A stretch of 64,000 bases of DNA from an uncultured Candidatus Babeliaceae bacterium (GTDB taxonomy: Bacteria > Babelota > Babeliae > Babelales > Babelaceae), in contig OY969927.1 in assembly GCA_963704655.1 (NCBI GenBank), forward strand, positions 256,001 through 320,000, read 5' to 3'. Below, piece after piece: positions 37,053 through 46,235 of this stretch. The stretch's first letter is position 1; every line of letters starts with the position of its first letter. Under the pieces are notes generated by a model. The model had not been told where the DNA came from. It did not search any database and saw only the letters and a program-made list of their open reading frames with translations. Both the position numbers and the translations under genes were made by a program.

Positions 37053-40000
37053 ATGAAGCAATATCTTTATGCAGCAGTCGCTGCAGCCATGTTATGTGTA
37101 TCTTTACAAGCAGAAATAATCTCATTGGAACAGGCTTATGTGGTTTTACAAGAGCTTGAAATGTTCGCACAAGGCGATCAACTTGATGCATCGAGTGATA
37201 CTATTATGTTCGCGCTTGATGAACTTATAGGTTATCTTGAAAGTGATACACAGCTTTCAGCAGATGTTCGTTTGGATATTTCAAAAAAGATTAATCTGCT
37301 TGTTAAAAAAATTAATCTGCAGACACGTGCGCCACGTTTAGATGCACCAGAAATACGTGAAACTACAATACTTAATGAAAATTATTACCCAACGCGCGAT
37401 CTCTATTTACGCAACTTACTCATTACCGGCTCGCTTATTTTAAATGGCCAGCAGATCGGCGGTGGCGGCAGTGTGCCAAGTAATCTCTATGTATTAAAAG
37501 CTGGCGACACCATGACGGGCGATTTAACCATGGCAGACCAGCATGGCATTGTATTAGAAGATGCTTCTGGCGCCAATGCAATTACCGTGCAAGCCCCAAA
37601 TACTACCGAAACTTATAGCTTTACGTTGCCAGATAGTGCTGGCGCTGCAAACCAAGCGCTTACTACAGACGGCTTTGGGAATTTAACGTGGGCATCTGCG
37701 ATTGCAACAACCTCTGGATTACAAAGTATTAATAATCTCACAACACCGCACCAATATCTTCTTACCAGCACGGGGACATCAACTGCATTTCAGTTTATCG
37801 AAACAAGTTCTTCGCATATTTTAAATATTCCATACGTTCAGGATTCTAGCCAAGGGTATGGTCTTCTAGATTCTGCTGATTACAATAATTTTGTTAATGC
37901 CGCAAACATGGTTAATGCTGCAACCAGCGACGACGTTTGTGGCACACTTGTAAAGCGTGATGCTAATTGTAATTTTTCAGCTAATATAATTACGGCAACC
38001 GTAACGTATGCTAACTTTGCCTTAACGTCTTCAAGTGCATTAACGGCAGTAACATCAACAACGGCACAATATGCACAGGTAGCAAACAGCGCCAACTATC
38101 TTTGTGGCGTACCTGCATGTAATTTAGTAAGTACCTATTCACAAGTTCTTTCCGGGACAAGTTTTGATATTCCATTAACACTCGTCTTGCGTGATAGCAC
38201 CGGCAGCTTTGCAGCAACAACTATTACACTCACCGGTGAATTGTTGTTACAAAATGCAAATGGTAATCTAACAGCGCTTCAAGCAGGTGCGCAAAGTTTT
38301 GCTCCAGTGTATACACTGATATTGCCAACAACAATTGGTGGTGATAATCAGGTATTAACAACAGACGGTAATAACCCAGCAAATCTTTTTTGGCAGCCTG
38401 TTTCTGCAATTGTAACTTCTACAATTGAACTTTATGGCGATGTTATGGGGTCATCAACTGCAAATATCGTTAATACTATATGCGGACAAAGTGCATGTTC
38501 AATTGTTACCACCGTTACCACTGCAACAAGTGACAATATCTGTGGTACTTTGGTAAAACGTGACAGTAACTGTAACTTTTCTGCTAATTTAATTACTGCA
38601 ACGGTGACAAATGCACTTCTTTCACAAACAGCATTATATGCAACTAATGCGCTACTTTCGGTAACTTCGCAATATGCGCAAAACGCAGGTTCGACTAACT
38701 TTGCTTACACGTCATCGCTTGCACAATATGCACAGGTAGCAAACAGTGCCAACTATCTTTGTGGTGTGCCTGCATGTAATTTAGTAAATACATATTCACA
38801 GGTACTTTCCGGGACAAGTTTTGATATTCCATTAACACTCGTCTTGCGTGATAGCACCGGCAGCTTTGCAGCAACAACTATTACACTCACCGGTGAATTG
38901 TTGTTACAAAATGCAAATGGTAATCTAACAGCGCTTGAAGCTGGTGCGCAAAGTTTTGCTCCAGTCTATACATTAATATTGCCAACAACAATTGGTGGTG
39001 ATAATCAGGTATTAACAACAGACGGTAATAACCCAGCAAATCTTTTTTGGCAGCCTGTTTCTGCAATTGTAACTTCTACAATTGAACTTTATGGCGATGT
39101 TATGGGGTCATCAACTGCAAATCATGTTGCATTTGTATGTGGCGTGCCTGCATGTGCACTCGCACAAACGTATTCAACGGTTCTTTCAGCAACTGCATGT
39201 GATATTCCACTCACGCTTATATTGCGTGACAGCACGGGCAGCTTTGCGGCAACAACTATTACACTCACGGGAAACAGTTTAATAAATTACAGCTCTGTCG
39301 GCGGATGCAACACTGGAGCTGGCTTTGTCTTTGCTCCGACAAAACAAAACACCATTATCGGGCTTGGTGCTGGTAATAATAACGTTCTCACTGGAACATC
39401 AAACATTGCAGTTGGATATCAGGCACTTGCAAAAAATACTTCTGGTTATAATAATGTGGCTCTTGGATTTAAGGCACTTGCAAATGGCAATACGATCAAT
39501 AACTTTGACAATATCGCCATTGGCGCCAATACGCTTTCTGGCGCATCTATTTTAGGTGATAACGTTGCAGTTGGAACAAATGCGCTTTCTGCGTCGGGTT
39601 ATACCGGCGGGCAGCAGATAGCAATTGGAACGGGTGCGTTACAAGCAAATACCACCGGTACTGGAAACATCGCAATTGGTTATGATGCATTACAAACAAA
39701 TACAAGTGGGGTAAATAATATAGCAATAGGCGCTTATGCACTGAGTAAGTTAAACTATAACCTACCGTTTCTTGGTATACCTAGCGGGGCAAATAATATT
39801 GCTATAGGCTCCAATGCATTAAGTAATATAGCTATAGCTGGTGAAAATGTCGCTATAGGCTCAAATACCTTACAGAATGGATCTTTTTCATACGGAAATG
39901 TTGCTATTGGTTATAACGCATTTGTTTTTGGCAATTCAGCATTCAATGTGGCTGTTGGTAATTCGAGTATGGTCAGCAATAATACGGGCGCAAGCAACAC

Positions 40001-42941
40001 AGCTGTTGGTTATTATTCACTTTCTGGTAACATAAGTGGCAATAGCAATACAGCTATAGGTTCTTATTCACTTTCTGGTAACATAACTGGCTTTAATAAC
40101 ACTGCAGTTGGTTATAATGCTCTAACGGCTTCAGTTGGCAGTGACCTTACTGCTGTGGGAGCTCAAGCTTTACAAAATAATACCTTAGGTACTCAAAACG
40201 TTGGCGTGGGTTATAGCGCACTACAAGACAATACTATAGGATCTAATAGTACTGCTGTTGGATACAATGCTCTTATCAATGCAGTAAGCTCAAACAATAA
40301 TACTGCCATTGGTAATTTTACACTTAACAATGCGGCTGTTGGTTCAGACAATACCGCTGTTGGTAATCAGGCTCTATCAAATACCCAAACAAGTTCGTTG
40401 GTTGGAATAGGTTCTGGTGCGCTATTCAATAATAGCACCGGCGCACAAAATGTTGCTGTTGGTTATTATGCACTTAATGCAAATACAACTGGTGGATCAA
40501 ACACTGCGTTAGGATACAATGTGCTCAACCAATCAACCGGCAGCAATAACACGGTAGTCGGCGCAAACTCTGGCACCGGCATAACATCTGGAGCACATAA
40601 TATTTATCTTGGTGACAGCATTAATAATGGCAATGAAAGTAATACTATACGAATTGGCAACAGTAACCAAACTGAAGCATATGTTGCGGGCATTTATGGA
40701 ACATCATTACCAAGTGGTTCACCTGTTGTTGTTACATCAAGTGGCCAGCTTGGCATCGGTTCTTCAACAACAGTCACCGGCACCAGCTGCGATACAGCAC
40801 TCACGTTTATATTGCGTGACAGCACGGGCAGCTTTGCAGCAACAACCGTCACACTCACCGGCCACAGCTTAATTAATTACAGCTCTGTGGGCGGGTGCGA
40901 TACGGGCGCTGGCTTTGTCTGGGCGCCAACAAACCAAAATACTATTATCGGCTTAAACGCAGGAAATAATAATGTCATTACTGGCACATCAAACGTTGCT
41001 TTAGGCTACCATGCACTTGCAAATGCAAAAACTATAAATAACTTTGACAATATAGCTATCGGCGCATTTACCCTTACTGGAACTGCCGTGCTTGGCGACA
41101 ATATCGCAATTGGGGTGAATGCCCTTTCAAATGTGAACTATAACAAAGGCCAGCAGATTGCTATTGGTACTGGAGCATTGCAAAATAATACAAGCGGTAT
41201 ACAAAATACTGCAGTGGGTTATTATGCGTTAAACTTAAATACAACCGGAACATCAAACGTCGCTCTAGGTTATAATGCTGGAAGTGGTTTAATTACTGGT
41301 ACAGGGAACATTATCATTGGCGCATATACCGCCCAAGGTTTAACCTCTGGAGCAAATAATATTATTATCGGGCAAGGCGCTACCGCAGCAGCATCAACCG
41401 CAAGTAATAATACTACTATTGGTACACTTGTAGGTGTTAATAGTACCTCGAGTAATAATGTCGTAGTTGGTTATCAAGCATTACAAAATGATACGGCCGG
41501 AAACCAAGTTGCTGTTGGATATCAAGCATTACAAAATAACACTGACGGTTCACAAAATACTGCTGTTGGGTACCAAGCGCTTAATGCGAATACTACTGGA
41601 ACATCAAATGTGGCTCTTGGGTTTAAGGCACTTGCAAATGGCAATACTATCAATAATTCTCGCAATATAGCAATTGGGGCCAATGCCCTTTCTGGATCTG
41701 CCGTGCTTGGTGACAATGTCGCAATTGGGGTGAATGCACTTTCAAATGTGAACTATAACCAGAAGCAGCAGATAGCTATCGGAACAGGTGCATTGCAAGA
41801 TAATACAAACGGTACGCAAAATATTGCTATAGGATATCAAGCGCTTAATGCAAATACTGGGTCAGGACAGAACGTTGTTATAGGGACCGAAGCATTATCA
41901 TCTGTTAATGATGCTAGTTCGTTTTCTAATGTAGTAATAGGGCATCAAGCTCTACAAACTGGGAACAATACCATATATGAAAACGTGGCCATTGGTTATC
42001 AAGCAATGCAAGCGAATAATGCTAGTGCCCAATGCGTTGCTATCGGTTGTCAGGCACTTCTAAATAATCAAAATCCGTATATAACCGCTATAGGTTATCA
42101 GGCACTTCAAATGAATAATGCGGGAGCGCTAAACACGGCAGTGGGAGCAGGTGCATTAAGTCAATCAAGTGGTCAAGCTAACAATACAGCCGTGGGCTAT
42201 AGTGCATTAGCTAATAATTCCAATGGTAATAATAATACCGCGGTGGGTACTTATGCTTTATCCGGAGGAGCTGTAAGTACTGGTTATTACAATGTTGGAG
42301 TTGGGGTTGGGGCTGGTACACAAATAACATCTGGAAATTCAAATACGCTTATTGGTTGTATCGCAGGTACAAATCTTGACTCAGGCAACAATAATACCAT
42401 GATTGGTTATAATACAGGCGGCAGCGTTACTACTGGAAACAACGTTATTGTTATTGGAGCAGGCCTGCCCGGTTCAAACACTGCAAACAGCACATATATA
42501 GCTGGCATTTCTGGGGCAACGGCAAGTGGTGGCGTAGAGGTATATTGTAATACCAGCAGTCAACTTGGAACTGTTAATTCTTCTCGACGTTATAAAGAAA
42601 ATATTAAGGACCTAGGTAATTTTTCAGATAATATCTATAAATTACGTCCCGTGCAATTTAATTACATAAGTGATCAAGAAAAGTGGTTTGAAGCTGGTTT
42701 AATAGCAGAAGAAGTAGAGGATGTTTATCCAGAAATAATTGTTTATAACAAAGATGGTGAAGTTGAAACGATACGCTATAAACAGGTGTATATGATGATG
42801 CTTAATGAACAGCAAAAAGATCATGCACGCATTGCCACCCTTGAAGATCAATGTAGTGCATTGCAACAAACCAATAACCTGATGTCCGCACAGATCGCCG
42901 ATCTCCAAGCAAAAATTGAGATGTTATTAGCAAAGGCATAA
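37053..42941 (+). CDS. Giant secreted fibre/adhesin-like protein 5 with C-terminal Peptidase_S74
   Basis: N-terminus and S74 nearly identical to protein 3; only vestigial triplet shaft; SSRRYK...AGLIAEEV. Confidence 0.9.
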   Translation: MKQYLYAAVAAAMLCVSLQAEIISLEQAYVVLQELEMFAQGDQLDASSDTIMFALDELIGYLESDTQLSADVRLDISKKINLLVKKINLQTRAPRLDAPEIRETTILNENYYPTRDLYLRNLLITGSLILNGQQIGGGGSVPSNLYVLKAGDTMTGDLTMADQHGIVLEDASGANAITVQAPNTTETYSFTLPDSAGAANQALTTDGFGNLTWASAIATTSGLQSINNLTTPHQYLLTSTGTSTAFQFIETSSSHILNIPYVQDSSQGYGLLDSADYNNFVNAANMVNAATSDDVCGTLVKRDANCNFSANIITATVTYANFALTSSSALTAVTSTTAQYAQVANSANYLCGVPACNLVSTYSQVLSGTSFDIPLTLVLRDSTGSFAATTITLTGELLLQNANGNLTALQAGAQSFAPVYTLILPTTIGGDNQVLTTDGNNPANLFWQPVSAIVTSTIELYGDVMGSSTANIVNTICGQSACSIVTTVTTATSDNICGTLVKRDSNCNFSANLITATVTNALLSQTALYATNALLSVTSQYAQNAGSTNFAYTSSLAQYAQVANSANYLCGVPACNLVNTYSQVLSGTSFDIPLTLVLRDSTGSFAATTITLTGELLLQNANGNLTALEAGAQSFAPVYTLILPTTIGGDNQVLTTDGNNPANLFWQPVSAIVTSTIELYGDVMGSSTANHVAFVCGVPACALAQTYSTVLSATACDIPLTLILRDSTGSFAATTITLTGNSLINYSSVGGCNTGAGFVFAPTKQNTIIGLGAGNNNVLTGTSNIAVGYQALAKNTSGYNNVALGFKALANGNTINNFDNIAIGANTLSGASILGDNVAVGTNALSASGYTGGQQIAIGTGALQANTTGTGNIAIGYDALQTNTSGVNNIAIGAYALSKLNYNLPFLGIPSGANNIAIGSNALSNIAIAGENVAIGSNTLQNGSFSYGNVAIGYNAFVFGNSAFNVAVGNSSMVSNNTGASNTAVGYYSLSGNISGNSNTAIGSYSLSGNITGFNNTAVGYNALTASVGSDLTAVGAQALQNNTLGTQNVGVGYSALQDNTIGSNSTAVGYNALINAVSSNNNTAIGNFTLNNAAVGSDNTAVGNQALSNTQTSSLVGIGSGALFNNSTGAQNVAVGYYALNANTTGGSNTALGYNVLNQSTGSNNTVVGANSGTGITSGAHNIYLGDSINNGNESNTIRIGNSNQTEAYVAGIYGTSLPSGSPVVVTSSGQLGIGSSTTVTGTSCDTALTFILRDSTGSFAATTVTLTGHSLINYSSVGGCDTGAGFVWAPTNQNTIIGLNAGNNNVITGTSNVALGYHALANAKTINNFDNIAIGAFTLTGTAVLGDNIAIGVNALSNVNYNKGQQIAIGTGALQNNTSGIQNTAVGYYALNLNTTGTSNVALGYNAGSGLITGTGNIIIGAYTAQGLTSGANNIIIGQGATAAASTASNNTTIGTLVGVNSTSSNNVVVGYQALQNDTAGNQVAVGYQALQNNTDGSQNTAVGYQALNANTTGTSNVALGFKALANGNTINNSRNIAIGANALSGSAVLGDNVAIGVNALSNVNYNQKQQIAIGTGALQDNTNGTQNIAIGYQALNANTGSGQNVVIGTEALSSVNDASSFSNVVIGHQALQTGNNTIYENVAIGYQAMQANNASAQCVAIGCQALLNNQNPYITAIGYQALQMNNAGALNTAVGAGALSQSSGQANNTAVGYSALANNSNGNNNTAVGTYALSGGAVSTGYYNVGVGVGAGTQITSGNSNTLIGCIAGTNLDSGNNNTMIGYNTGGSVTTGNNVIVIGAGLPGSNTANSTYIAGISGATASGGVEVYCNTSSQLGTVNSSRRYKENIKDLGNFSDNIYKLRPVQFNYISDQEKWFEAGLIAEEVEDVYPEIIVYNKDGEVETIRYKQVYMMMLNEQQKDHARIATLEDQCSALQQTNNLMSAQIADLQAKIEMLLAKA

Positions 42942-42963
42942 TGATACTATTGTTATAACAAGG

Positions 42964-42997
42964 GGGGCCGTGGAGATATCCATGGCCCCTTGTTTTT
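42964..42997 (+). terminator. Intrinsic terminator, paralog of 35419-35444
   Basis: GGGGCCGTGGA-gata-TCCATGGCCCC-TTGTTTTT. Confidence 0.85.
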
Positions 42998-43064
42998 ATG
43001 TGCAGTTGCATAAGAATTGTCTGCGTTGTATGCTTTCCCCAAATAAAAAAAGGGAGTTAGTTGT

Positions 43065-43958
43065 ATGATGCAGATGTATAAAAAAATATTTTTTTTAATC
43101 GTAGTGTGTGTGTCGCTTTTTCATGCGCGGGATTCTCATGCTCTGGATATGATTTCTTTTATTATGCCCTGTTATAATGCAGACAAATTAGAACATGCGC
43201 TTGCAAGTATTTATCGGCAAAAAATAGATTGCCCGTTTGAAGTTATCTGTTGTGACGATGGCTCGACAGATGATACCTTTAAAAGGCTTTTAAGTTGTAA
43301 GCGAATGTACCCAAATCTTAAAGTGGTTCGCCATGGTACCAATAAAGGTGCCGGCGCTGCAGCAAATACCTGTGTACAATACAGCAAGGGTAAGTGGTTA
43401 TACCGATTAGATTCTGATAATATGTTGCCCGAACCAGAGCTTGAAGTGATTAATAAGTTAGTTGCACTTTTAGAGAGCAGTGGGTGCGATGCGGCTATGG
43501 TTGAAACGATGGTGCTCTTTGAAGGTGACAGAAATATTAAAGCGCTGTGGCGCTATGAATCAGCAAGTGGTATGTGTGACCTTGAACATTGTATTACCGT
43601 GCCACATGATCCTGCAATGTCAGGTAATTTTTTAATGCGCAAAAGTGCCTATCTGCGCGTAGGCGGTTACCCAGAGGATCACGGTTCTGATACCTTTAGA
43701 TTCGGCTTTAAATTATATGCAACCGGTGGCAAAGTGGCGATTTTACGCGGTGCGTGGTACTGGCACTTTTATAACCCACATGGTTACTGGTGGCGCGAAC
43801 AAAAATCAGGTAATAATGACGCTAAAGCGTTGCAGACCGTTATGGAACATAAAGATCTTTTTACACGCACTTCGCAACGGTATTTACATGATGCGCAAAT
43901 GGGAAAAACAACACTATTTTTATTGATACATAATAAATTACTTCAATTAAAAAACTAA
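43065..43958 (+). CDS. Glycosyltransferase family 2 with N-terminal signal/TM segment
   Basis: ISFIMPCYN, EVICCDDGSTD, NKGAGAAAN, LDSD (DxD), VGGY. Confidence 0.9.
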   Translation: MMQMYKKIFFLIVVCVSLFHARDSHALDMISFIMPCYNADKLEHALASIYRQKIDCPFEVICCDDGSTDDTFKRLLSCKRMYPNLKVVRHGTNKGAGAAANTCVQYSKGKWLYRLDSDNMLPEPELEVINKLVALLESSGCDAAMVETMVLFEGDRNIKALWRYESASGMCDLEHCITVPHDPAMSGNFLMRKSAYLRVGGYPEDHGSDTFRFGFKLYATGGKVAILRGAWYWHFYNPHGYWWREQKSGNNDAKALQTVMEHKDLFTRTSQRYLHDAQMGKTTLFLLIHNKLLQLKN

Positions 43959-44046
43959 TAGTATATTTAAAATATAATGCATTATATTGGTATTTTGGTA
44001 AAATGGTTATATAAAAAAATTATAACCATTTTTACCTGAGTACTCT

Positions 44047-44520
44047 ATGAAAACATTGTATTTATTTTTAGTATCTGTAGTAATTTTGAGCATTTCAGCC
44101 ATGCAGCATGAAGAATTTTTTATTGCCCCGACTTTGGAAAATGATAAATTGTCATTGTTTCAAGAAGTATGTGGCCGTAATGATAAAGATTTTCTCTGCA
44201 ATTTACATGATGAAATTGAGCAATTGACTCCGGAGATAAGACAGAAGATAGACGAAGAAATAAACCGGCTAGAATTTCAAGTTGCTGGTTTGTCTGACAA
44301 TAAACCTGCCTTATTGACGGTAAATTCGAAGCTTATGTTTTTTGAGAGAAAACGATTAAATATTTCGATTGCGGCTATTTATGCACAAAATGTTTTAGAG
44401 TTGTATAAGCAATTTCCGTTGTGTGAGAGTAGTGACAACAATGCTAGCTTAATCCAGAGTTCTCTCAAAAATGCTCGTTTAATAATGCTACAAAATAAAT
44501 CTTTGCTTAGATTTTATTAA
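44047..44520 (+). CDS. Hypothetical secreted protein
   Basis: 157-aa ORF with signal peptide MKTLYLFLVSVVILSISA; no family recognised. Confidence 0.7.
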   Translation: MKTLYLFLVSVVILSISAMQHEEFFIAPTLENDKLSLFQEVCGRNDKDFLCNLHDEIEQLTPEIRQKIDEEINRLEFQVAGLSDNKPALLTVNSKLMFFERKRLNISIAAIYAQNVLELYKQFPLCESSDNNASLIQSSLKNARLIMLQNKSLLRFY

Positions 44521-44522
44521 TA

Positions 44523-44602
44523 TAACGTGAGTTCGATGAAAAGCCTTTTAATTTAAGCAATTTTTGATCCCGTCAGTATCATGGAGCGCTATGTGCTCTA
44601 CT
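44523..44602 (+). repeat. Partial copy of the MITE-like element at 57017-57311
   Basis: taacgtgagttcga and tcccgt..catggagc.ctatgtgctctact shared with 57018-57096. Confidence 0.75.
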
Positions 44603-44647
44603 GGTGCGTTTAGCGCACTATTTTCGGGCTTAATGATGATTAAGATG

Positions 44648-45487
44648 TTAGCGATTGTTTGTAAACTTAAAAAGCGTCTCAGCATTTGCACTGGTGATGC
44701 GTGCAACGTCTTCTATGTTGCTCTGTGTAAGTTCAGCGATATAGTCCGCAATGGTCGCAATCTGTTCAGGTGAATTTGTTTTGCCGCGAATAACTTGTGG
44801 CGGCAAAAATGGCGCATCTGTTTCTAACACAATATGTTCAACACCAACAGTTTTAACAATCTCACGCAATGCATTATTTTTTGGATAGGTCACCGTGCCA
44901 CCAATTCCCAAAAACCATCCCCATGCGGTGACCGCTTGTGCAAATTGCATGTCATTAGAATAACAATGAATCGTTACTCTTTTTAATTGATCTTTATACT
45001 GCTCAAGAACCGCGTAGGTTTCGTCTTGCGCGTCGCGGGTGTGGACGACAAGCGCTTTGTCATAGTGAAGCGCTAGCTCGATTTGTGCCCTAAATAAATC
45101 GATTTGCGCGGTGATGTTATAATCCGGGTAATGTTTATCAAGTCCACATTCGCCAACGCCAACAATTTTTTCATGATGCGACGCAAGAAGATTTTTTAAA
45201 AAGAGAGCATCTTCTTTCCAATTTCCTTGTGCTTCATGAGGGTGTATTCCGACAACGGAGGAGACAGTTTCAAAAAGTTTTGCAATTTCTATTGCTAAAG
45301 CGCTGTCGATTTTAGTGGTGCCAATTTCTATAATATGGGTAACATTCTTGAGTGAGGCTTGATGTAGAATTTTACGAATCTCTTGAATCTCATTGTCTGA
45401 AAATGCGCTTATAGACGTTTTATCGATCATGTGTAAAAGATGGCAGTGGGTGTCGACAAGTTGAAAAGCAGAATCGTATTTTTTCAT
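44648..45487 (-). CDS. tatD: TatD family DNase
   Basis: DTHCH, VGIHPH, VGECGLD, VHTRDA, IHCY, LETDAPFL. Confidence 0.95.
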   Translation of the reverse strand: MKKYDSAFQLVDTHCHLLHMIDKTSISAFSDNEIQEIRKILHQASLKNVTHIIEIGTTKIDSALAIEIAKLFETVSSVVGIHPHEAQGNWKEDALFLKNLLASHHEKIVGVGECGLDKHYPDYNITAQIDLFRAQIELALHYDKALVVHTRDAQDETYAVLEQYKDQLKRVTIHCYSNDMQFAQAVTAWGWFLGIGGTVTYPKNNALREIVKTVGVEHIVLETDAPFLPPQVIRGKTNSPEQIATIADYIAELTQSNIEDVARITSANAETLFKFTNNR

Positions 45488-45687
45488 GAAGTTTCTCTTT
45501 ATGTTATAAATTTTTTTTAGTTTTTATTGACAAAGTATTAAATGAAATTAGTATATTTTAGTGGTCATAATAAGCTATGTGTTATATGCAAGTCAATTAA
45601 TACCTAGTTTATCTGATCACAAGCAGTGTTACAAACAAAAAAAATGTGAGTGTGACTCACAATAACCTATATCTCAAGGAGCGTCTT

Positions 45688-45966
45688 ATGAATAAGACTG
45701 AGTTAATAGATTCGTTAAGCGAAGAAACAACTTTCAGCAAAAAAGATATTACTCGTGTACTCGATGCGTTAACACGCATTGTTATGCGTACATTAAAAAA
45801 GGGTAATAAATTACAATGGTCTGGCTTTGGAACATTTTCTTTAGCACAGCGTCCAGAACGTAATGGAATTAATCCTGCTACTAAAGAAAAAATTCGTCTT
45901 CCACAAACGAATGTTCCTAAGTTCAAAGCAGGTAAAAACTTCAAAGAAGCTGTACGCCAAGTTTAA
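45688..45966 (+). CDS. hup: HU family DNA-binding protein
   Basis: MNKTELID...GFGTF...RNGINPATKEKI...PKFKAGK; AAGGAG RBS. Confidence 0.95.
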   Translation: MNKTELIDSLSEETTFSKKDITRVLDALTRIVMRTLKKGNKLQWSGFGTFSLAQRPERNGINPATKEKIRLPQTNVPKFKAGKNFKEAVRQV

Positions 45967-46003
45967 GTAGATGTTGCTTTAAATATCAAGCTTTTACCCT
46001 TTC

Positions 46004-46030
46004 AAAAAGCCGCTTTTATAGCGGCTTTTT
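46004..46030 (+). terminator. Intrinsic terminator after HU gene
   Basis: aaaaagccgc...gcggcttttt. Confidence 0.85.
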
Positions 46031-46067
46031 CTTTGCATCTTTCATTTTTTTCAAGTATTCTTTATGG

Positions 46068-46211
46068 TGTCATTCCGGACCTATAAGTGTCATCCCGGAC
46101 TTGCCTGTCCGCCATAGCCCTTCGGCAAGCTCAGGAGTAAACCCGAGGTGACGGCTGGGATCTGGGATCTTATACGTTAATTAAGAGACCCTGAGACACG
46201 CTCAGGGTGAC
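46068..46211. repeat. REP doublet with nested palindrome insertions
   Basis: tgtcatcccggactt[gcctgtccgccatagc[ccttcggcaagctcaggagtaaac]ccgaggtgacggctgg]gatctgggatct ... gagaccctgagacacgctcagggtgac. Confidence 0.8.
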
Positions 46212-46235
46212 TAGTGAAATTAAGAAAGAGCCTCT

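Noticed and set aside
26921-42824. Diversity-generating retroelement TR/VR pair
   Set aside because: No reverse transcriptase in the window; both copies are coding and differences are not confined to adenines.
5230-42941. Prophage or tailocin tail cluster
   Set aside because: No capsid, terminase, sheath, baseplate, lysis or integrase genes; proteins have signal peptides and individual leaders.
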